Made by a program: the position numbers and the translations under genes
Part shown: positions 31,394-38,791 of the stretch, piece by piece
How positions within the stretch are numbered: position 1 is the first letter of the stretch
Layout: each line of letters starts with the position of its first letter
The notes under the pieces: model-generated
Told to the model about the DNA's origin: nothing
What the model saw: only the letters and a program-made list of their open reading frames with translations
The model's database searches: none
Virus record (IMG/VR): IMGVR_UViG_3300034175_000027
Length of the DNA stretch: 46,458 bases
DNA from: a virus
Direction: 5' to 3' (one strand)

Positions 31394-32464
31394 TTATTCG
31401 TCATCTGCCGTTAGATCATGCTCGAGCACTTCAACGCTATCGGTTTCGTCAGCGTTTGGTTTCTCGGCTTCGATGCTGCAGGTGTAGCCGCTGGAATTGT
31501 CCAGTGAGTGCGTGACGCGGCTGATCAGCCACTCACCATCAACGTCTGGCCGGAAACCGAGCAGCGTCAGGGGGCACTCTGCGGCGATCGTTGGTGCACC
31601 CGTGACGGTGCCAGCCCATGTTTTCTGGCCGCGCTTGCGGCGCTCGAGATCGGCACGAGCTGCGGCTAGTGCCATCTCTTGCGTTGGGTAGTATTGTTTC
31701 AGCCGGCGCACAGGCTCACCCGTGCCGACTTTGATTTCATTTCGCTTGGCGCTGCTGACTGCGTGCCAGTAGGCGACAACCATGCCAGCCGTCTCGCGCT
31801 TTGAGAGCACCATACGCCAGCTGGCGCAGTCACCAGAGTCGATCAGCACAGGCGGCATAGCTTCACCGCTGGCAGATTTTGATTCGCCTCGCTTGGCCAA
31901 CACCAGCTTGCCGGCTGATGGCTTCACGATCGCATCGTATTTTTTGGCCAGCCTGATGAGCAGGTTGATATCTGACTCATCGGCTTGCGTGATGTGAGGC
32001 AGTACGATCGATTTCAGTTTAGCCGCAACCACAGGCTTAAGCCCATGCTCTTTGGCGATTTTCGAAACCATGTCGCCAAGTTTGGTATCTTTCGGCCAGC
32101 TGCGATTTTTCTGCGTTTGCAGGTTTGTTTTGCCAGCCTTGGATTTATCATAGGGGGCCGCTCGAGCGCGAATGACCATCTCACCTGGCCGGCCAGACAC
32201 CTCAACCTCGTCAACGACAAACATGCCCATGGGCATATTGATGCCATCGTAACCGAGTGACACCTCAAGCTCTGCGCCAGTCTCGGGTATGGCGATCGGC
32301 GCCGTAGGGTCGTTATCAGCGAGCGTGATTTCGAGCAAATCCGATTCCATCCCGACAGCATCGGTGAGCGTCAGGCTGATAAATCGCTCGAGCACAGCGG
32401 CGGTGATATCCACTGAGTTGGCCAGGATCATGTAGGTTGGCGCGGTGCCGGTGATTAAGGCCAT
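31394..32464 (-). CDS. Tail protein D (P2 late control gene D family)
   Basis: 356 aa. The N-terminus (..TYMILANSVDITAAVLERFISLTLTDAVGMESDLLEITL..) is typical of gpD, and the gene follows U and X in the tail module. Confidence 0.8.
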   Translation of the reverse strand: MALITGTAPTYMILANSVDITAAVLERFISLTLTDAVGMESDLLEITLADNDPTAPIAIPETGAELEVSLGYDGINMPMGMFVVDEVEVSGRPGEMVIRARAAPYDKSKAGKTNLQTQKNRSWPKDTKLGDMVSKIAKEHGLKPVVAAKLKSIVLPHITQADESDINLLIRLAKKYDAIVKPSAGKLVLAKRGESKSASGEAMPPVLIDSGDCASWRMVLSKRETAGMVVAYWHAVSSAKRNEIKVGTGEPVRRLKQYYPTQEMALAAARADLERRKRGQKTWAGTVTGAPTIAAECPLTLLGFRPDVDGEWLISRVTHSLDNSSGYTCSIEAEKPNADETDSVEVLEHDLTADDE

Positions 32465-32601
32465 AAGTAGACACCAGTCTCAATAATCACTGCGATGGCA
32501 GCTGCGATGCAAATCACAATGAGCACTACAGGAAAATCATTGCGCAATACCCTAGGCGCTGGTGGCGCCGGTGGCTGCGGCCTTGTGCGTATCAATCCCA
32601 T
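32455..32601 (-). CDS. Possible 48-aa membrane peptide between X and D, absent from the supplied track
   Basis: ATG at 32601 (overlaps the gpX end) through to a TAA at 32455-32457 (overlaps the gpD start). It has a Pro-rich N-terminus and then one TM helix (FPVVLIVICIAAAIAVII). It exactly fills the gap. Confidence 0.35.
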   Translation of the reverse strand: MGLIRTRPQPPAPPAPRVLRNDFPVVLIVICIAAAIAVIIETGVYLWP

Positions 32602-32804
32602 AATCTTACCACCGTAGCTGCCGCCTCGAGCTGGATATCAGGCAGGGTCACGAGCACGCCAGCGGGCAGCTCAGGTCCGTAGTCAGCCAAGCCGGGGTTT
32701 GCGTCGAGCAGCTGCTCAACCACGCGACCAGATTGGGTGCCGTATTGTTTGTAGGCGATGAAATCAGCGGTATCGCCAACACTGGTGCGGTAAACTTGGC
32801 TCAT
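32592..32804 (-). CDS. Tail protein X (P2 gpX-like)
   Basis: 70 aa. ..GDTADFIAYKQYG..VEQLLDANPGLA..LPAGVLVTLP.. shows the gpX/LysM-like pattern. Confidence 0.7.
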   Translation of the reverse strand: MSQVYRTSVGDTADFIAYKQYGTQSGRVVEQLLDANPGLADYGPELPAGVLVTLPDIQLEAAATVVRLWD

Positions 32805-33205
32805 ATTTCCCGCCTTGCGAGCTTGATCGTAAATTCTTGTTTGCGTGGTCGCCCTGCAGCGGCGAAAACCGATTGCGTTTCGTCAACGCCTTCGATCACC
32901 CAACGCCCTAGCAGATTGCCATCGCCATCGATCAGCAACAGAGGCTCGCCTACCTCAGCCTCTGAGCGCATATCATCGAGCTGGCCAACGCCGCCGCGAT
33001 ACTCGCTGAAAATGACACCGCTGAGCGTGATCGTATCGTCACCCGGCCCAGTGAATTGGCGGGTAGGCAGTTTGCCGAAACGATCCTGCTTGGCCCAACG
33101 GTACTCAGTGCTGCGGCGCAGTTCTTTGTACGCGGCGGTTCCAATGCTGAATTGGTAGCTGCCAAGCTGCATCATGATCGTTTGGCCGAGCGAGTAGCCT
33201 ATCAT
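32801..33205 (-). CDS. Tail protein U (P2 gpU-like)
   Basis: ..QFTGPGDDTITLSGVIFSEYRGGVGQLDDMR..GEPLLLIDGDGNLLGRWVIE.. is typical of gpU. ATGA overlap with the tape-measure stop. Confidence 0.8.
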   Translation of the reverse strand: MIGYSLGQTIMMQLGSYQFSIGTAAYKELRRSTEYRWAKQDRFGKLPTRQFTGPGDDTITLSGVIFSEYRGGVGQLDDMRSEAEVGEPLLLIDGDGNLLGRWVIEGVDETQSVFAAAGRPRKQEFTIKLARREI

Positions 33206-35484
33206 TGTGCAGTTACCCCATCAGTCATGGTGCCACGCTGACGAACAGCGCGCTGTTGTTCCTGAATTTTGGTGATCTCTTTGGCCAGTGCGCGGCTATC
33301 TTGGCCAGGCTGTTGCGTGACTTGAATGGTGGTCTGGCTTTGATCAGTGTAGGTGCTGGTGCCTTGGCCGCGAGCCGTAGCCATTGCTGGTGGTGCTGGC
33401 AGGGCAGGGGCACCAGGTGCAGCGGTTGCCGCTGGCGTGGTCTCACCACCGAAAAACGCCTTGGTTTTATCCCACGCGCCACCCACGAAACCGCTGGCCG
33501 CATTCTTGAACTCGAGAGCCTTGCCGAGTGCGGCGCCAATATTGTTGTTGATCCAAGTGATGCCATCAATCAGCACCTTGAGCGGCGTCAGCACCAGGTT
33601 GATACCGAAGGCCAGCGCCTCACCAAATGAGCGCCCTGCAGAGCCTGCTTTCGTCAGCTCGTCTGCGCTGTACGATACCGGGCCAAGCAGTTTCGTGAAC
33701 CAATCCCATGCGACACCGAGCGCAGTGCCGATGCCGTTGAATATCGCCTGCAGGGGTTTGGAGCTATCCCACAGAGCGGTGAACGCGGTGACTACCGGCT
33801 GCAACCCGGTTTTGATACCGTCAAACACCCCCACCATAAACGCAGAGACACCATCCCAGTGCTGGTAGATCAGCGTGCCAGCGACAGCAATGCCGAGCAC
33901 GATCGCGCCGATGCCGGTGCTGACTAATGCGGCGCCTACCAAGCGAACGCCTGCAGCCATCGCAGGGAATGAGGCAGACGCCATGACAGCACCTGCGCGC
34001 AACTTAGCGAACACGCCAAGCACCTGCAGAGCGCCACCCTTAAAGAATGTGAACGCGTAACCGCCACCGAGAGTGGCCAGCTTGAGTGACGTCAGCGCCA
34101 CAACAGTGCCCACGATCGCCTGCGTGACCTTTGGGTTTTCGCGAGCAAACGATGCGATACCCTCGACCACAGGCGCGATCGCAGCGAACGTGCCATTGAG
34201 TGCTGGCAGCAAAACCGAGCCGATGTTTACCGACAGCTCAGTCACCCGGTTTTTCATAATCTGGAATTGAGCGCCAGTGGTCTGCAGGCGTGCCGCAAAC
34301 TCGCGCCCCATGCTACCCTTAGCTGCCTCACTGTTGGCCATTCCCAACTGCTTGCGGAATTCGCCAGTGTTGGCAGCTAGCTTGGCAAGGGTATCGGAAT
34401 GCTCGAGGCCAACCAGCTCAGTGAGTACGCCTAGGCGTTTCTCAGCTGGCAGTTTGCCTACAGCATCCATGACTTTCATCATCGTGCCGATCGCGTCAGA
34501 CTGCATGCCTTTCTCGATGGCAGCAGTTGATAGGCCAATCTCTTTCATGGCCGACTTGAATTTTTTGGTGCCCTTGGTGGCTGCAGCGAATTTCGCAAAC
34601 ATCGCGTTGGTAGCGGTGCCTGCGGTCTCGGTGCGCTCACCAAGTGTCAGCAGCGTTGATCCTAGTGCCGCCATCTCTTTCGCTGTGACCTTCACCGATC
34701 CAGCCACACCACCAGTGCGAGACAGGAATTCGATAATGTCAGAGCCTTTGCTGATGGCGTTATCGTCAAGGAAATTGATGCTGTCAGCCAGTTGGCCGAT
34801 CGCAGGAATAGGTATTTTAAATAGGCCAGCAATCTTGCCCATATCGTCAGCGAGCTGGCCAGCGGGCAATTCGAATGCGTCTGCCATCATCGCGGCAGTG
34901 CGGGTGAAATCGATCAGCTGATCTTTAGCCACGCCCATGCGAGCGCCGGCTGCAACCATGTCAGCTAGGTCATTTGTGGCCAGCGGCATCTCACGCCCCA
35001 TCTGCTGAATGGCTTTGCCCATTTCATGATAGGTGGCGGTGAGCTTGCCGTTTTTGTCTCGAGCGCCTTCAACCTGCTTGGCAACACCGAGCATGGCGGT
35101 TTCGAATTTTGCAGCTTGAACGATCGGCGCAGCAACTGTGGCGCCGAGTGCTACAGCGTCAAACATTTGACCGCGATAGTTGGCGCGCTTGGCAAGGTTC
35201 GCCTGTGACGCAGCCTCAACTCTAGCCAGTTGTTGGTGTGCTGATTTTAGGCGTTCGATTTGGGTGGTGAGTGCAGCGTAACGAGTGCGTAACCCGTCGA
35301 CGTTTTTGCCCATCTTGCCAAAGGTTTGAATGGCGTTGGTGAGCATGCGCTGCTCACCTTCCATTTTGCGCAGGGCTGCGCCAACCTGATTGACTTGGGT
35401 TTTGATAGTGCCGAATGCAGCCTTGAGGCTGCCAGCTACAGCGCCGCCGATTTCGATTGTTGCGCTGAGCTTTTTGTTAGCCAT
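33202..35484 (-). CDS. Tail tape measure protein
   Basis: 760 aa, Ala/Gly-rich and helical, with hydrophobic central segments. It lies downstream of the E/E' chaperone genes. Confidence 0.85.
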   Translation of the reverse strand: MANKKLSATIEIGGAVAGSLKAAFGTIKTQVNQVGAALRKMEGEQRMLTNAIQTFGKMGKNVDGLRTRYAALTTQIERLKSAHQQLARVEAASQANLAKRANYRGQMFDAVALGATVAAPIVQAAKFETAMLGVAKQVEGARDKNGKLTATYHEMGKAIQQMGREMPLATNDLADMVAAGARMGVAKDQLIDFTRTAAMMADAFELPAGQLADDMGKIAGLFKIPIPAIGQLADSINFLDDNAISKGSDIIEFLSRTGGVAGSVKVTAKEMAALGSTLLTLGERTETAGTATNAMFAKFAAATKGTKKFKSAMKEIGLSTAAIEKGMQSDAIGTMMKVMDAVGKLPAEKRLGVLTELVGLEHSDTLAKLAANTGEFRKQLGMANSEAAKGSMGREFAARLQTTGAQFQIMKNRVTELSVNIGSVLLPALNGTFAAIAPVVEGIASFARENPKVTQAIVGTVVALTSLKLATLGGGYAFTFFKGGALQVLGVFAKLRAGAVMASASFPAMAAGVRLVGAALVSTGIGAIVLGIAVAGTLIYQHWDGVSAFMVGVFDGIKTGLQPVVTAFTALWDSSKPLQAIFNGIGTALGVAWDWFTKLLGPVSYSADELTKAGSAGRSFGEALAFGINLVLTPLKVLIDGITWINNNIGAALGKALEFKNAASGFVGGAWDKTKAFFGGETTPAATAAPGAPALPAPPAMATARGQGTSTYTDQSQTTIQVTQQPGQDSRALAKEITKIQEQQRAVRQRGTMTDGVTAQ

Positions 35485-35886
35485 CGTTTTTGGGCAACCC
35501 GTCTATGTACCATAGGAGTTTCGACGTTCTGAAACTCATTATCTCCGCTTCTGACCAGCCGGTGTGACTGGAAAGTGCTAGTACCGCGCTGCGGATGTAA
35601 TCGCGGCCTAGTCGATGAAAGCCATGTATGCCGTCTGCAAACGCTTGTACTCGCGCAGTGGCAGCTTGCGGATATCGTCAGGCAGTATCTCGCACAGATT
35701 TGCAAATACTGTGATCTCGCGAGAGGCATCGCTGCCATTCATCACGCTGGCAGCCTCTTGGTCGCCTACTGTCGGCTCGCGCATGCGCAAAACTGACTGG
35801 CTTACACCGTTGAATAATGCTGGCTTGGAAAGTGTGATATCAACATAGCCGACGCCATCAGCCAACCACTCTGGTTTTTTGCTCAT
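35477..35886 (-). CDS. Tail assembly chaperone E+E' (predicted -1 frameshift product)
   Basis: The -1 frame relative to gpE is open from about 35670 and stops at the TAA at 35477-35479, overlapping the tape-measure ATG. This matches P2 E/E' geometry. The exact slip site was not identified. Confidence 0.45.
35608..35886 (-). CDS. Tail assembly chaperone E (P2 gpE-like)
   Basis: 92 aa between the tube and tape-measure genes. ..LRMREPTVGDQEAAS..ITVFANLCEILPDDIRKLPLREYKRLQ.. is gpE-like. Confidence 0.7.
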   Translation of the reverse strand: MSKKPEWLADGVGYVDITLSKPALFNGVSQSVLRMREPTVGDQEAASVMNGSDASREITVFANLCEILPDDIRKLPLREYKRLQTAYMAFID

Positions 35887-35913
35887 AATTTTTGCCTGTA
35901 GTTTTCAATTGTA

Positions 35914-35937
35914 GAAAAAGGCCAGTCTGTGCTGGCC
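35914..35937 (-). terminator. Rho-independent terminator after the tube gene
   Basis: Minus strand reads GGCCAG-cacaga-CTGGCC followed by TTTTTCT. Confidence 0.7.
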
Positions 35938-35947
35938 TCGGGTTTTC

Positions 35948-36454
35948 TTAGATGCCGAGCGCGTTTCGGATCAGCGCCAGTGCATCGGTGCCGTTGATGA
36001 TGCGCACCATGTTTTCTGCGTCGATCTCATGCACTACGGTGTCACCGTGCTGCATCTTGTAATACGTGAGCGACAATTCAAACTTGAGCGGCTGCAGCTC
36101 ACCTGGCTTACTGGTGCCAGGGTCAATGGTAACAATCTTGCCGCGCATGGTGTGGATCACCTGCGTAACGGTTCCATCGAATGAAACCAGCGCTTCACGA
36201 ACAGTCAAAGGCACTGATGAGCCTTGGGTTACGCCCCACAACGACAAAACGTTTTTGTCGTAAGCAAGCAGGCTGAAATCGCAGGTGAGCTTTTCCATGC
36301 CCATCGTTACATCAATAGGTATATCCATCCCGCCTGCGCGGAATTCCTCAACTTGCAATGTGAGCTTTGGTGCGTTGAATTCCTCAACCTGGCCGGCTAA
36401 GCCGCGCCCGTCGACGAACAAATTGAAATTCTTACGAATGTCGCGTGCTGCCAT
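35948..36454 (-). CDS. Major tail tube protein (P2 FII-like)
   Basis: 168 aa. ..NFNLFVDGRGLAGQVEEFNAPKLTLQVEEFRAGGMD.. aligns by eye with P2 FII. Confidence 0.85.
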   Translation of the reverse strand: MAARDIRKNFNLFVDGRGLAGQVEEFNAPKLTLQVEEFRAGGMDIPIDVTMGMEKLTCDFSLLAYDKNVLSLWGVTQGSSVPLTVREALVSFDGTVTQVIHTMRGKIVTIDPGTSKPGELQPLKFELSLTYYKMQHGDTVVHEIDAENMVRIINGTDALALIRNALGI

Positions 36455-36456
36455 GA

Positions 36457-37890
36457 TTAAAAAATCTCCGTCAAGTAGTTGTCAGTCAGGTGACTGCGGA
36501 AAATAACGTGTTCAGACGGATACACAGGCGTGAAATCGAAATCGAAATACACTTTGCCCAGTGCAATCTGATCAGGCGTATTGAGGTCAGGATCGGCCCA
36601 ACATTCGCCGCCAAGAATAGCACCGATTGTCACCAAATGCCGCAAATAGTTATTCACGCCCTCGGTTACATCAGCGATGTATTGCTTGGTGATGCCGCGA
36701 TCGACTGCCCATAAGTGAGCGCGCAGCAAGCTGTCATTGATAATGTCAGCAGAGCGCACCACGCACAAGAATGCCCACTTAGGATCGGCAGACAGTGTGC
36801 GATTGCCCCACAGGCGGTAGCCGTTCTGGCGAATGATCGTGGTGACCTTGCTCTCGTTGAGCAGGTTAGCGCGCGAATTGGCATCACCTAACGTGAAATC
36901 GATCGGGCGCGCAGTGCCCTGAATGCCGTTGATATTCTGGTTAGATGGCGACCACCAGAAACCGCGCTCGTTGTCTGACTTGGCGATGAGGCCAGCCACG
37001 CACGGTGAGGCGTAAGTCGTGAACAGCGCACCATCCTCATCGGTTTTGAAAACCTGAGGGTCAACCACAAACACGCGCTTGCTGCCAAAGTCGCCAGCGT
37101 AAGCGATTGCGTCAGAGTCAATCGTGTTAGGTCCGTCAGCGATGATCACAGCGCGCAAACGCTCTGCAATGCCAATCAGCTCAGCCACAACAGCGTTGCC
37201 GACTGTGCCGCGAGTGATGGTGAATGTTGCTGTGGTGGTGCCAGTGCCAGCGGTGCCAGCTGCCAGCGTCACAGTTGGGTTGGTAGTGTAGCCAGAGCCG
37301 TGATCGGTTAGCGTCACAGTCGTAACAATGCCACCCGCAACAACAGCCGTACCAGCTGCGCCAGTACCGCCGCCGCCAGTGAATGTGAGTGCGTGGGTGC
37401 CGTTAGTGTAGCCGGCGCCTGCGTTGTTTTTTGCAATCGTCAGGATGCCGTTAGCTACGCGCTCGTGCGTGAAGCCAGGCGCCAACAGAATGCGCGGCTG
37501 GAAACCGACAATCGACTCAGCACCAAGGAATGCGTGCACGCCTTCGTAATTGCCAGTCGTTGAATTCACACCGCCAAGAATGTTGGCCAGCGTTTCGGCT
37601 GGTGTAGCCTCTTCCTCAACGCGCACAACGATAACCACTGCGCCTGCCTGGTCGAAAATCGAATCCATTGCAGTCGGCAGGGTGCCCTCACCATCGCCAA
37701 CCGTATCGAGCAGAGCAGCCTCGCGGCGGCTACCGGCGATCAGCACAGGCGTGTTGAGCGGGAATGCATCGGGGTCTGCGTCTGGCGCAGTACCAATCAA
37801 ACCGATAACGCTTGAGCGTACGGTGGAAATCGGGCGGGGGCCGTCATCAATCTCTAAGACCTCGACACCATGTAAAAAAGTTTCAGCCAT
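36457..37890 (-). CDS. Tail sheath protein (P2 FI-like)
   Basis: 477 aa. MAETFLHGVEVLEIDDGPRPISTVRSSVIGLIGTAP.. is a typical sheath N-terminus. Confidence 0.88.
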   Translation of the reverse strand: MAETFLHGVEVLEIDDGPRPISTVRSSVIGLIGTAPDADPDAFPLNTPVLIAGSRREAALLDTVGDGEGTLPTAMDSIFDQAGAVVIVVRVEEEATPAETLANILGGVNSTTGNYEGVHAFLGAESIVGFQPRILLAPGFTHERVANGILTIAKNNAGAGYTNGTHALTFTGGGGTGAAGTAVVAGGIVTTVTLTDHGSGYTTNPTVTLAAGTAGTGTTTATFTITRGTVGNAVVAELIGIAERLRAVIIADGPNTIDSDAIAYAGDFGSKRVFVVDPQVFKTDEDGALFTTYASPCVAGLIAKSDNERGFWWSPSNQNINGIQGTARPIDFTLGDANSRANLLNESKVTTIIRQNGYRLWGNRTLSADPKWAFLCVVRSADIINDSLLRAHLWAVDRGITKQYIADVTEGVNNYLRHLVTIGAILGGECWADPDLNTPDQIALGKVYFDFDFTPVYPSEHVIFRSHLTDNYLTEIF

Positions 37891-37929
37891 TATTTGGTCC
37901 TCGATAGACGCGGCAAGAATTGTGACGCT

Positions 37930-37972
37930 ATGGTCGCAACTCGCCGTCTGTTGTTCCTCTTGTGGCTTTTCC
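37930..37972 (-). promoter_or_regulatory. Predicted late promoter P-late5 (sheath/tube operon)
   Basis: Minus-strand box GGAAAAGCCACAAGAGG (37956-37972), with GACCAT 20 nt downstream (37930-37935). It lies immediately after a terminator, and GAGGA plus ATG at 37890 follow. Confidence 0.5.
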
Positions 37973-37975
37973 GCA

Positions 37976-38000
37976 TAAAAAAGCCCCGCCGAAGCGAGGC
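37976..38000 (-). terminator. Rho-independent terminator (TTCG tetraloop)
   Basis: Minus strand reads GCCTCGC-TTCG-GCGGGGC (one G:U pair) followed by TTTTTTAT. Confidence 0.7.
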
Positions 38001-38019
38001 AAGCAGGCAGACGAAACGG

Positions 38020-38757
38020 TTAAACGTATTCTTCGATGATCACGACGCCAGATGCACCAGCGCCGCCAGCTGCAGAGCCGCCAGATTGGTTGACCACACA
38101 GCCGCTGCCGCCAGTGCCGTAATTTGTTGCTGAGGCGCCTGTGACGTTACCGGCTGGCCCTGTTGGCCCTCCGCCAAGCACAGATGAGCCGCCAGAGCCG
38201 CCAAGCATGCCGTTGGCGTTTGCTGATGAGGCGAATGTCGCAGGGCCGGCTGTTCCTGCAACGGCCAATAAGTTTGCGCCAGTAGGCACAGCCGTGGGCA
38301 CGCCGTTACCATTCACGGCTGGTGGCACTTGGTTTGCAAGCGTACCGCCTCCCGTACCACCCACTGCAACGAGCAGCGTGCCGATCGATGTGGTGCCACC
38401 TGCAAAGCCGTTGGCATTGCTGGCTGCTACGCCACCCACACCAACGCTGATCGCTTTCGACGCGCCAACATCGGTGGCGGTGTAAATGCCAACACCGTAC
38501 GCGCCACAGGTTCCGGGTGCGCCTAGACTCACGTTACCTGCAGCGGCGCCGCCAGCTCCACCGCCTGCGCCGCCACCACCGATCGCCTGAGCCTTGATAA
38601 ACTTCATTCCGGCGGCTGGCGTATAATCACCTGCGCCAGTGGCTGTGAAAGCGGCGCCATTGATTGACACCTGCTGCGTACCACCCGATCTGCGATAAAC
38701 CAGAATTCTATTCAGCTTCCCCGATAACCCAAAAACATAATCTAACGTCTTGCTCAT
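38020..38757 (-). CDS. Glycine-rich protein downstream of the tail fibre gene
   Basis: 245 aa with long GGxGG/GxG tracts and a ..GVVIIEEYV C-terminus. Such glycine-rich-domain ORFs often follow fibre genes (from memory). Confidence 0.45.
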   Translation of the reverse strand: MSKTLDYVFGLSGKLNRILVYRRSGGTQQVSINGAAFTATGAGDYTPAAGMKFIKAQAIGGGGAGGGAGGAAAGNVSLGAPGTCGAYGVGIYTATDVGASKAISVGVGGVAASNANGFAGGTTSIGTLLVAVGGTGGGTLANQVPPAVNGNGVPTAVPTGANLLAVAGTAGPATFASSANANGMLGGSGGSSVLGGGPTGPAGNVTGASATNYGTGGSGCVVNQSGGSAAGGAGASGVVIIEEYV

Positions 38758-38791
38758 ACATTAGCGCCTCCATCGGCTGCAAACTGGCGGC

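Noticed and set aside
35436-35738. The listed 100-aa ORF as the E' frameshift extension.
   Set aside because: It is in the +1 frame relative to gpE and runs 48 nt into the tape-measure gene. The -1 frame ends exactly at the tape-measure start and matches the P2-type arrangement.
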